Made by a program: the position numbers and the translations under genes
In this document: piece by piece, positions 21,097-39,433 of the stretch
How positions within the stretch are numbered: the stretch's first letter is position 1
Layout of the letters: each line of letters opens with the position of its first letter
Assembly: GCF_009914755.1 (NCBI RefSeq)
Contig: NC_060938.1
DNA: 64,000 nt
DNA from: the human T2T-CHM13v2.0 reference genome, Homo sapiens
Reading direction: 5' to 3' (one strand)
Notes under the pieces: model-generated
Seen by the model: only the letters and a program-made list of their open reading frames with translations
Told to the model about the DNA's origin: nothing
Database searches by the model: none

Positions 21097-21695
21097 AGTT
21101 GATTTAAAAAAAAAAATCCAGAAGGCGTTTAGAGAAAGTTAGGGAAATAATCTAAACACAGCCCAGAAAACAAGGGGATTGTGAACTGAGACCCTCCTAG
21201 CCTAGGGGAAGAAATGTGTCTAGATCAATTCTCAAAGTCCACTGTAGCTGAATTCCTGATTTCTGACCATTTCCAAAAAATGTGTTTATTCTTTCTTCCT
21301 CAGGAGCCAGCCCACCATCATGACTGTTAAGCATGCTATATATTAAATTTAAGTAAAAGAAAGAAACAATCTTTGCAACTCCTTGTGAGCACATTTTTTC
21401 CAAGAGACATCTTCACAAGGTTGTAACTCGATGTCTTCTATCCAACACCCATGTGGGTGAACGAGGGGTAAGACCCATTCGAGTTGGCTGTATAATCTTG
21501 GGGTTCTGGGGTAGAAATCTGCAATTCCACCCCACCACCCAACCCACTTCCAAACACACATGATCCTCTGAACTGCTCATCAAATACTTTGTGTGCCAAA
21601 CAGGCCAGTAGTGACATTTCTGCCAAGTCATCTCTGCAAAATTGTTTGAAATCAAAAGTAGGAAACTAAAGAAGCAGTTAACAATTCTCTTGTAC

Positions 21696-21868
21696 CTTGA
21701 ATGCTTCTTTTAAAAAAGGCCTTACATCCTTCACACGACCAGACTCCATAGTGATATCCCGATGCGTAATCGCTGCAGACAGCGCAGAAGTGAGCATCCC
21801 TCTTTGAACCTGGACCAGTAACAGGGCTGGCGCAACGGTTCCCACTAACCTTCCTTTTCAGTGTCTCT
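21696..21868 (-). CDS. ESR2: ESR2 coding exon 2 (173 nt), first C4 zinc finger [31 protein letters not shown]
   Basis: ER-type P-box CEGCKA. Acceptor TTTGCTCCCTAG|A, donor AAG|GTACAA. Phases 2/1 consistent. Confidence 0.98.
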
Positions 21869-22442
21869 CTAGGGAGCAAAGAAAATATCCATTGAACAGA
21901 GCATAAAAGGGAAAGGAAGGGCTTTCTAGGAAAAAAAAATAGCATGAACATTGCCTAATTTAATCTCTTTTTCCTCCAGGGTTCCTGGTAAATATATTCC
22001 CGGAAATCTGATACAGCAAAGCTTTTGATACTGATATCATATCTACAAAGAGCCACGCTGTGGGGAATGACTAATGTTTGAAAGTGGGTAGGTGAGTTTA
22101 TGCCCATCCACGTGATGCTGATGAGCATTTGTCACTGCCGAAGACCAGTCATAGCCATGGGGTGGGAGCTACATCTCTAAGTGTAATGAAAGGAGTGGCC
22201 AGATCAAATCTTACCCACAGGTCTGAACCACAGGCAGGATATGCATTGGTCTTCTGTAGTTACTAGAGTTCACGAATGCTGCATGGATGGGTGTGAAGGC
22301 ATTCAACCACTTCCAAACATCAGTCATTCCCAACAGCATTGCTAAGCAGCCCTTCAGACATTTGAAGTTCCCATTTAAATGGAGAACAAACATCTCACAC
22401 TCTGCAATTTCAGATAAAGGTCTAGATTTAAAATAACTTTCA

Positions 22443-22742
22443 GGTTGGGCGCAATGGTTCATGCCTGTAATCCTAGCACATTGGGGAGCCAAGGTGGGCG
22501 TATCACCTGAGGCCAGAAGTTCGAGACCAGCTTGGCCAACAAGGTGAAACCCTATCTCTACTAAAAATACAAAAATTAGCCAGACATGGTGGTGCACACC
22601 TGTAATCCCAGCTACTTTGGAGGATGAAGCAGGAGATTGCTTGAACCCGGGAGGCAGAGGTTGCAGTGAGCCAAGACTGTGCCACTGCACTCCAGCCTGG
22701 GCAACAGAGTGAGACTCCATCTCAAAAAAATAAAATAAAAAT
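22443..22742 (+). mobile_element. AluS
   Basis: Alu consensus. TSD aaaataacttt. Confidence 0.9.
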
Positions 22743-22796
22743 AACTTTAAGAGGAATAACAAATGGACTTTAAGTTACCTTGAGATGAATGTGAGA

Positions 22797-22862
22797 CAAG
22801 AAAAAGGGGGAAGAGAAGAGAAAGGGAGAGAGAAAAAAGAAGAGAGAAGAGAAGAGAGAGAA
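22797..22862. repeat. GA-rich polypurine tract
   Basis: About 65 nt of A/G only. Confidence 0.8.
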
Positions 22863-23775
22863 CAAGCAAGTGCCTGGCCTGGAAAGGCTTGGAAGGAAGC
22901 AGAGGCTCAATGCTGGACCACAGGCAAGAGGTTCATAAAGGAACGAAAAGTCTAACAAGGGATCCCCAGGCAGCCTCCAAAACACATCTGGCTAGTTCCT
23001 GATGTTGCCAGGCATGGTTCTTTTGGAAAGGGAATGGTAAAGGTATTATTGATTTATAAATGAAGGTAATTATATAATGGATTAATTTGCCCAAAAATTA
23101 GCAGAACTTTGATTATAATTCATGCTCAGAAACAAAATATGTCTTCCTTTAAAGGAGGAAGGAGAAAAAAAAAACAAACCATTACTTTAAAAAAGTTATC
23201 CACAATGTTTATATTCTCTTTACCAATGAGTAAAATGTTTTTAAAAGAAGAAAAATAATGGTGCAATGTTACTGTCTCAAAGTTTTATGATAATATTTGA
23301 AAGTAGTGAATTTCAATATCCAACATGCCCTTAGTACTTTTAGATTTTTATCTCCCCCTCTCCTTTCTCATTATACTATCCATTCCCTTCATACCTATGA
23401 TTATCATTAGAAATATTAATAATTAGATGGAAATAATCCATTATGTTACCTTGCATTTAAAGAGTACACATATCCTTTTTAACTTCAGGGAATGTCAACT
23501 GAAGCCTAAACTTCAATAGTTTCCACCAATCTTTATATAATGTTATTATTTTAGTTCATGGTTAAAAAGCTTATACCAATCATCTATCTTTTCATGCTTC
23601 GCATGTCTAGAATTTCATTTAAGTTGTAATACTATCACAGTTACTTTTATCCTGGAAACAATTTGTCATGAACATTAAATTGTGGTTTCACTATAAGAAG
23701 ACTTTGAAACTGAAAGTAAAGTAAAAATTCATTTTTCAAATCCAAATAACTCCATTAAGAGTGACTTAAGTTCAG

Positions 23776-24070
<295 letters not shown>

Positions 24071-24338
24071 AGGAGTGACTTAAGTTCAGTATTTACTGTA
24101 TAAAGACAATAGTCATGATAGCAAATTCTCCCCACAACACTGATGTACACATACCAGTTTTTAATGAGAACTAAAATATCAGAATAGAACAGGGCATCCT
24201 GTGTTTTGGGTGCTGTAAGTAAACTATGTAATTAATACAATAAAGACCTTGTCTAACATATTATTTCCTTCTCACTCAACCATAAAGTGATTTGAGAAAT
24301 GGCTAGCAACTATAATTCAGAATGAAGACTGGACTTAC

Positions 24339-24700
24339 CTGTTTACAGGTAAGGTGTGTTCTAGCGATCTTGCTTCACACCAGGGACTCTTTTGAGGTTC
24401 CGCATACAGATGTGATAACTGGCGATGGACCACTAAAGGAGAAAGGTGCCCAGGTGTTGGCCACAACACATTTGGGCTTGTGGTCTGCCGACCAGGCCCA
24501 CCTTCCAAGTTAGTGACATTGCTGGGAATGCTGTAATTCATCACAGCAGGGCTATAGAATGTCATGGCTGGATATTCATGGTGGCTGTCTACATAGGAGG
24601 AAGGTATGTATATGGAGCCGTGCTCCAGGGGTAAGATGGATTGACTGCAGTTGTAGGAGGAAGGAGAATTAAGGCTAGATGGTGAGTTTTTTATATCCAT
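24339..24700 (-). CDS. ESR2: ESR2 first coding exon, coding part (362 nt; [20 protein letters not shown]...EHTLPVN, AF-1 domain)
   Basis: Translation is the ER-beta N-terminus. ATG at 24700 in strong context (GACATGG). Donor CAG|GTAAGT at 24339/24338. Phase 2 matches the next exon. Confidence 0.98.
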
Positions 24701-24790
24701 GTCTTGAGATAACAGCTGAGAAAACACCTTGCAAGAAGAGGCACAAAGGTCATTATAATGTTCTCAAAGATTCGTGGGCAAGTATAATGG
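24701..24790 (-). other. ESR2: 5'UTR part (90 nt) of the first coding exon, common acceptor for upstream UTR exons
   Basis: Acceptor TCTTCTGTGTTTCTTTACAG|CCATT at 24791/24790. Confidence 0.9.
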
Positions 24791-25178
24791 CTGTAAAGAA
24801 ACACAGAAGATATTGCCAAGTTAGAGCTACAGCTGTTAACTATGAAAATTTAAATATTTTCATTAAAAAAATACATACGTTTGTATGAGATTACAAATAC
24901 ATCCTGAAAAATATACATGAAAATATTAACCTCAGAGGAGTGGGAATGTGAGGCATGAAACTCACATTTTCTGCTTCATTCATCTCTTCATTGCTTGTTT
25001 GTTTAATCAAGAGTTTAAGCACAAGAGTTTAATCACGAAAATTTATTATAAAATAGTCTTTAAAACCAAAAAACACAGGATTAAATAAAAATGAAAGTTC
25101 TTATGGAAAAATAAGCAAGAATAACCAAGTAAACGCTAAGAGAAGATCAATGAGCAAGGCTAGTCTCAACCAATATTA

Positions 25179-28990
<3,812 letters not shown>

Positions 28991-30062
28991 CAGCAGTGGT
29001 GAAACCAACTATCAGACCCCACCAACAAATGACAAATGCCAGGATACACCTAGCCAATCAATCAGGTGCATGGCAACTTTGCTTAGAAAATACAGATCTC
29101 ACATCTCAACATATCACCAATCAACTTCTGTAGAATTTCCACATATCCCCAGAAGGATGATAATTAAAGTTAGAGAACTGACTTCTGGAGAGTCATTAAA
29201 AGGCTAGGTGCTTTTTGTTTGGATATATTTCAGATATATCAGATTCACATGATTCACAGATTAACTCTTTGTCAGTGGCATCTTGAATAGTTAGGTACTT
29301 GGTAGCCAATGCAAAGAGTTTTTCTTCCTAAGCAGAGCCATAATAAGGGGAAGAAATGATGAACTTACACCATTGTAATAGTTCTCTGAGACAGGAGAAC
29401 AGGTAGCAAAAAAAGACCTCCTTTCTACCAGAGGTCTGTAAAAATAAGTCAACAAACCCATTCTGGTTGAGAAGCCCTCCTCTAAAACAGAGATATAAAC
29501 TGGTCAAAGGAAAGACTCCCCAAAAGATTTAATTTCTTTAACATTGTAGGGCAGAGTTTTCCCAACACATCGATTGAATGTTCAAACATGGCCTCAGTAC
29601 AATGTTCTGGTACAACAGGAAAAAATTGTCTCTAAAGAGTTTAATTGTTGGGCCTGGCATGGAATTTCACCTGGCCAACCAAAGAACCAGTACCCAGACA
29701 TCCTGATTCTAAGAATTATTCATTTATTTGCATGTCAATTTTCTTTAGTCACCATAACCTAAAATAGTTGGTCCATATCCTGGGTGGTGAACAGGCTTTG
29801 TTTTCTGTCCAGAGACCTCTCTCTCTCTCCCAGCACACACCCCTGTATTTGGCCCTCTCAGGTCACATCTGAATTCAGCCAGAAAGCTTTTTGTACACAT
29901 GGGATCGTGCATGGTGTTCTAATGTACTGGCTGGGAAACATACTATGGCTTTTGAATTAAAAGAAAAAAGTAGTATTTAAAATTCCCAATTTTGACAATG
30001 ATTCATGGACAAGAAAAAGTTTGGCCCTAGAAATGGCAGAAAAACACTCCAAAAAGACTACA

Positions 30063-32417
<2,355 letters not shown>

Positions 32418-35400
32418 TTTTTAAATATATTCTTTCAAAACAAAATATTAAGGCCCTCAATTAATTTAATATTAGGAAGATAAAACACTCCAAAATCACC
32501 AGAGAACTCATCATTAATAACTGATTTGCATGTAATTCTTAAGAACATGTACATAAGGAAACCCTGTTTCCTTCTAAAATGAGGAAAAGCTAATTCTCCT
32601 AGTAACCAATTGGCGCTTATTTAGTTGGATAGGAAAGAGTTTCAAGGGTTTGAATAGGGTAGGAGGACCAAGCCTCGAAGGCAGGGGTGGGAGAGAGTTC
32701 ATCAGTCTTCTCAAGTGTCTTCTCTCTCAACAGCAAGTTTCTGCTCTTCCCTAACACCAACAACAGCCACAGACCATGCTCTGTAGGAACTGGACCAAAT
32801 TCAAATATTCATTTGGGACAGGGTCAGAGAGAATTCCGAGTGAAGGGATTCAAGATGACACAGCCAATCCAGAAGTTAGGCTGAATGCACTCAACTCCCC
32901 TTCCAGGCCTGGGTTTGACAGTAGAACACACAACAATTTACTAACAAAATGCTGCAGTCTGGCTTTGAGGAAACATATACAAGTCCAGCAATCTATCTTT
33001 CTAGGTCACCCTAACTCTCCTGCCCTCTCTCAAGTACACCCACACAAAGATTCTCCACTAAAAGCCCTTCATTTTCAAGACCTGTCATAATTCCAGCTAG
33101 GAAGGCCAACTATCCAGTTTGCTAGCTCCTCATAAACTTGCCACTCTGCATATCCTAGTTACTACCACTGTAACTGGGTATGCAAGGTAAGTTACATATT
33201 TAAAATACAGGCTGTTTTTCATAGAACAAAGGAAAAAGGAAAAAGACATCAATTTTATATATATATATGTTAGCAGTACCTACCAATAACAGGCTCCTAA
33301 CTGTATACTGAATTGAATACTGTGTTAAACAGTGAAAAATATTAGTTTACAAAAGGTTATACATCTCCACCCTGCAGGAAAATCTAGACTTCAAGACATG
33401 AGCACAGAAATTTAAAAATCCTGACATCTACAAATAAGTTGGACACAGACCTAAGCCCCTATGAAGATAAATATTTTACCTTCAGCAATTGTAATCACTC
33501 TGCATTTTAAATGTCTTCAATTTGTCATTTTCAATCCCTGTTTTGCTTCTCACTATTTGATAATATGCAATTTCAGGTAGCTTTCTTAATCTCAGGTATA
33601 ATGAAAAGTAGTTTTTTTTTTAATAAAGAAGTTTTAAAATTCAAAGATTATAAAAGAATGATGCATTCTATTAATATGATATAAATAACTTTTAATGGCC
33701 TTGTATTTCAATTCAGGATAACTAATGATATATGCCATAACCAAAGGCTTAAACCACAATAGAATCTAAATCTGCTAAGAACTAAATCTATTAGCCCTAT
33801 ATGAATTTAACACTTAGTCCAAGTCTCAAGTTTCCCATTTGCAAATAGCATTGTCTTTGCCTTGATTTATCCCAAGGTACTAGAATTAAAAATAGCACAA
33901 ACTGACTCATCCTATAAAAAGGGAAAAACAGGTTTTTCTTTCAAAAGAAGTAAAGGAAAATATGTCTAAGTAAAAACGTACTAAAGAGCAAAACCACATA
34001 ATCATTATGTAGTTTTGATCAGTGATTTTCAGGGGCAGTGGGGTAGGTAGAGGTACAAAGGGGACTTTTGGGGTAATGGAACTGTTCTGTGTCATGTGTG
34101 CGGTGCTGGTTACATGACTGTGCATCTGTCAGAATTCATAGAGGTACATTTACAGAGGCTAAATTTTACTGTATGTAAATTATACTGCTGTAGCCTAATT
34201 TTTTTAAAGTGCTATTGCATATAAAACAATGTGCTAGACACTGAATTATGAAATCTAACGTTCAAGCATACAATTCTCAAGGTTTCTAGATGTATTATCA
34301 AAAACTTATCATTAAACACTTTGAGTTCAGCCTTCAGTATTTTATATTTTATCCATATTTATATTCTATAAAACGACTCAAAGCATCACCTAAAATTATC
34401 ACATGAATTTTGAATTATTATGTGTTCAACATACACTTATAGAAAATTTCCTTCTTATTCTTAAAAGTGAACATATCAATATCTATTAAATGTTAATTAT
34501 ATGGTTATGAGTTGAATTTACTACTAAATTCTACCTTTTCTGAATTATAAATACATTAAGAAATGTAAACTGTGATTAGATTTATTCACATCCCTCAGAA
34601 CACTACGAAATGTGTCCTAAACATGTTAATTGATTTCAGAAACTTCTATGTCTTGAGCAAGACTTAAGTGTTAACAAGCATCTGATGGCTTTTAAAATAA
34701 GAATGTTTCAGAAATTCATCTAAAAAAATGCTTGAACGTAAAATGCAATCCTACGGTGTATACTCTAATGCCTGTTGATGAACAGATCCTTATAGTTTCC
34801 TTCTTCTAGAACTCATATCAAAATACATTTTCTTCAGAAAAAATAGGAGTCAAAGATGTTAATCATGTTCTTTTCATAGTCACGTTACATTTGTTTTACA
34901 ACACTCTCAGAAAAGCCTTTCCTTTCACATGTTCACTTTTTAAATTACAAACATGTTTCCCCTCACTAGACACCGAGTTACGAAACTTAGAGCAAAAGTA
35001 AAACTTTCTAATGGAATGCCCATGTAAATACTAGAAATATAACAAAATAAGGCAAAGTCTGTCCTCCAAAATGTTGCCTACCACACCAAAACACAATCCT
35101 GCTTTTTAAACAGCGAGTAAAATTAAATCAACCTTATCTTCCTAAATAGAAGTCCACTCAAAGTTTTTTCACAAAAATGACATTCACTTGACTTAATATT
35201 GTCCTTCCAATAAGAATAACACGCAGGGTGTTAGAGGGCAGTTGTTGGACTCCTCTTCAGCAAATAAAGGAGACCAGTTAGAGCTTAGCTTGGTCTGCCC
35301 AGGAAAGGAGGAACGCAGCTTGCTGACATGGCTAAGGAATGCCAATTAATACATTTTAAAACCCCTATCATCTTGCCTGAGACGTGTACATCTTCCCAGG

Positions 35401-35747
35401 CCCTCAAAGTTCAATCAGAAAGTGTATTCAACTCCATTGTCATTTCACCCATAGTGGGGAAGTCCATCGAGGAAAACCATAGGGAAATAAAATGTTTTTC
35501 AGTTATTCATATTAGCACAATCAACCCAGAGCTCACGGCACAAACTAAATAAGTTAACTTGCCAGTGTCTTGAATGAAGACATTTAATCAAAGCATGCAT
35601 TTTCCAACTTTCCAGTAGCTTTCAGGACAGTTGGTTTTGGTGATCGTTTTTTGGTCTTTTATTGTTCTCAACACGACTGGTTTCTCACCGCAGGATTTCA
35701 AACAAAATGAGACAATTAAACCACACCTCGAGCGAAGGGGCGCTTAC

Positions 35748-36125
35748 CTTGCAGATAAACACACCGGCCTTGCCTTCTCTAAAATGCGGACACGTGCTTT
35801 TCCCGCATTAGGGGGGGTCTCCCGGCGCGCGCCCCGCCGCCACCTGTTGAGGAAAGCGAGCGCACCTCCTGCAGCTCAGGCTCCGGGCGCCAGCCCTGCC
35901 CCGCAGCCCCAGAGCCCGTCGCAGCTCGGGTGGTCCCTCCCCGGCCCAGCGCTCGCCGCCTGCTCTTCGCCCTGCAAGTTTCAAGAGGCAGTTATTTCTC
36001 GCAGCCTCCGCGCTTGCAACTGCCTCCTGGCGGGGGAGTGGGTGTCCAAAAAGCCAGCAGCTGGAGAAACTGAAAAGATCACAAGCGACTTAACGATAAG
36101 CCCCTTCTTCCTTTTAAAGACCGAG
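35748..36125 (-). other. ESR2: ESR2 non-coding first exon 0N (5' end approximate)
   Basis: Lies in the CpG island. Donor CAAG|GTAAGC at 35748/35747. Resembles the known ESR2 0N 5'UTR as I recall it. The TSS cannot be fixed from sequence alone. Confidence 0.85.
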
Positions 36126-36155
36126 AGGAGGGTAGAGGGGAGTAGTGCCTGAGCC

Positions 36156-36164
36156 CACGTGACC
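36156..36164 (-). promoter_or_regulatory. Canonical E-box GGTCACGTG overlapping a GGTCA half-site
   Basis: CACGTG at 36156-36161 just upstream of exon 0N. A circadian CLOCK/BMAL1 E-box is reported for this promoter (recalled). Confidence 0.7.
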
Positions 36165-36282
36165 GAGCCAGGGAGCCCGACGGTCTCAGGAACGCCCGAC
36201 GCCGCGCGTGACCTCTAAGTGGGAGCACCCTCGAACCGACTCCTGGTCCACCCACAAGGATAGTGGCGCACAGATGGCGCTC

Positions 36283-36406
36283 CCCGCAGCCCCAGTCTCA
36301 GATTTAAGAGGTCTGGAGTAGGGCCTGAGAATATGCATTTCCAACCAGGTCCTGGGGGATGCCGACACTGATACAGCCAGTCTGGGGACCACACTTCGAG
36401 GATCAC
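36283..36406. mobile_element. MER5A-like hAT-Charlie DNA transposon remnant inside the promoter
   Basis: aggtctggagtagggcctgagaatatgcatttccaac...ggggaccacacttcgagga. Confidence 0.7.
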
Positions 36407-36739
36407 GTCCTCAGCCCCTGACTCACATAAGTGTCATTCAGAACAGATGTCTGATTCTAAGGAGCCAGTGGTGAAACCAGAGAGGCTTTGGGTTTGTCAA
36501 ATCCCCAGCAGCAAACGTAACCTCGGGCCCTGGAGTGGCAAAGCCGTGGACTAGAGGTGGAGGGAGTGGGTTCTCAGCTCTCAAGAGGTCACTGGGAAGG
36601 CCTTTCGCGTTAGATCAAAGATCCCAGGTACTTCCTCGAACTCACTTGAAGTGGCACCGGGGAGACCTGTGCCTCCGGCCACGGCGCCCTTCTCCGCTGG
36701 AGGCACCTGCCCACCCCTCTTCTCGGGCGAAGGCCCCTC

Positions 36740-36753
36740 GCGCCCCCTGGTGG
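36740..36753 (-). promoter_or_regulatory. CTCF consensus site
   Basis: Minus strand CCACCAGGGGGCGC, an exact match to the CTCF core. Confidence 0.65.
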
Positions 36754-37477
36754 CAGCCCCAGTTCCCCCAGCTTAATGGGGTGTTCCCCTCACCCACCCC
36801 AGCAGGAGCCCCAGGGTGCGAGACTAGGACCACAGTCTTAACTGGCTTTAAGGCAGCTGTTGCTGATGAAAATGAAAAGGAAAGTAGCATGTGACCCACA
36901 GGCCATTGTGAGAACCCCCCAGTGTCACATCTGTGCCTAATTAATCATCAAACCATCTACTCAGGTGGCATAAGGGACATGGTTTTTGAGGGTTGTGATC
37001 CAGATCTCTAATAGAGGAAGACGAGGGGGGGCATTTGGAGGGAAAGTTTTACAGTACCAGCCTCAGCTGTTTGGTGTTTAGCCAAAATAGAGAGACGCAA
37101 GTGTGCTCTGGGTTGATAAAGATGAGGTCCACAGGTAATGAAGACAGGCTCCAAAGATGGAGAAGCATCTGCTTCATCAGCTAAACAATAGCTGTGAAAA
37201 GTCTCCACTGCCCCACCCTAAGTCCAATTTTCATTAAAGCTGAGAGTCCTGGTTTCTCTCAGGTTGAAAGGCAGAGTCTCCCTGTCCTTGAGGCAGAGAA
37301 GTTAGTTTGGACGGGAAGAGTGTGTCGCTGGCAAATAACTGCAGCAGACAACATGCCAATCTCAGCCTCCCTGTCTCCTGTCCTGGGGTCTCTCAAAGTA
37401 CCCAGTCCCCATATGCTCTTCCTCCTTGCCACCTTATGGAGAAAATGTTAAATGATGGTTTAAAAAAATCAGCTTCA

Positions 37478-37781
<304 letters not shown>

Positions 37782-37929
37782 TCAGCTTCATTTGGTGGTA
37801 TATACTTGTTAACAAGATATCTCTGGAAATGGAAACCGTCATGAAGGAATTTCAACCATAAGCCAACAGGCAGAAAAAGATAGGTGAGGGTGAAGAAAAT
37901 GCATCTATCAATATTAACATCATACCTGA

Positions 37930-38310
37930 CGCTGTGCTAAGCACCTGCACAGCATCTCATTTAATCCTCACACCAGCTCAGTGAGATATTGACTCCACTT
38001 TTCCAGTGAGGAAATTGAGGCTCACAGAGCTTCTGTCAGCTACCTGAAGCCACCTAGTGAGAAAGGAACCCAGTAACAACAGTGGCTTCATAGACAGCTA
38101 CCGCTTATTGGACATTTATGCCCCGCTTTCTCTCAATAATTCTTATTTTATACGCAAGCCTATAAGGCAAATTCTATTACCCCCATTTTATACTTGAGAA
38201 AATGAATGTTCAGGAAGGTTAAACAACCTCCCTATGGTCACATGACCTATCAGTGGCTAAGAAGGACTTGAATCCAGGAGAGAGGCCAAGGACCCATTTA
38301 CCTCCATACC
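37930..38310 (-). mobile_element. MIR fragments
   Basis: atctcatttaatcctcac...gaggaaattgaggctcacagag; attacccccattttata. Confidence 0.6.
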
Positions 38311-39247
38311 ATGCCTCCAATCAATCAGAATGAAAATGGCTTGACTCTCTGCTCTATGCAGAACACTGCAGACAAACTTCTGCCACCTGTGTGCCAAGCT
38401 TCTGCTCTGTGTTCACTGTGATGCTTCCTTCAGAAGGCATTCTACACACAGGAACAGCATGTTCTCTTTTCAGAGCAGCTCAAACACCCACAGAAGCTGT
38501 TTATTATACAAGGAAACCTCACTGCAGGAAATAATAAGCAGAAAATGAATGGGAGTGAGTAAGTTTCCTTCTGACTCACCCTGTCCATCAAGAAAGACAA
38601 TGGTACCCAGAGATGGAAACTTTGCCTGGTTTAATGCAGAGTGGAGAGGATGATTATTCCAATTCTACCTGAATTGTGACCACAATGATGAAGGGATTAT
38701 TCTTGAGGCAGTTCATACCAATGGCTAGACCAAAAAGCCCCCTGAAGCCTGGTATTGAGAACGATGCCTGCTATATAAGTGAGCAGGGTCCCAGCCTCAT
38801 TTCCACCTCACCCCTGACCTGCCTAAGGAAGCACCCACATATGACATTGAAAGGACTGCCTGTCTCCAAAATATCCTACAATGGGGATTGAAATTGTCAC
38901 CATTAAGTCATCTTTTGGGGATAAAGCATTGAATTGTTAAAATTAAGTCATGTTATATATGATGGGTAATATTAACTTACTAGCATTTATGATTAACAAG
39001 ATGAGCTTGCAGCATGAGCTAGATGTCACCTGGGAAAGCAAAGGAAGTCAATGTAGTACAGGTATGGTTTGCTGTGAAGAGGAAGGAAAGCCTCTCCATA
39101 AAAGGTGCACCTTCCTCATCTTCTCACCCCACCCCTTCTCTGTCTAGCAAAGTCTTACACATCCCAAAGCCAAGAGCCTAAATAAGGTGAAGAGCACATT
39201 AGCCCAGTGGAACGTGCACATTGGCTCCCCCACAGCCCTCATCTTAC

Positions 39248-39433
39248 CTGTCAACACAACCTGCGCTGCGATTGGACAGCGCATGTCTTACATCTCTAGC
39301 ATTCTCCATGGTCCATAACACCCACCTAGCACAATCCACGCGTTCAACAAATGTTTGCTGAAGCCTTTGACTTGGAAAGATCAGAGGGAGAATTTTCCGT
39401 AGGAAAGAAACTACCAAGAGGCAAAACAAAACC
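39248..39433 (-). other. Candidate ESR2 0X-type 5'UTR cassette exon (186 nt)
   Basis: Acceptor TTTCTTGCCTTTTACAG|GG, donor CAG|GTAAGA. Confidence 0.6.

Larger units (their letters stand above)
35727..36830. promoter_or_regulatory. ESR2: CpG island / ESR2 0N promoter
   Basis: Largest CpG-dense, GC-rich block in the window. TATA-like TTTAAAA (minus) at 36112-36118, E-box at 36156-36161, GC-rich motifs. Confidence 0.9.

Noticed and set aside
35631-36894. 173-aa and 119-aa plus-strand ORFs in the CpG island
   Set aside because: TTG/GTG starts, low-complexity composition and stop-poor GC-rich DNA. No recognisable homology.
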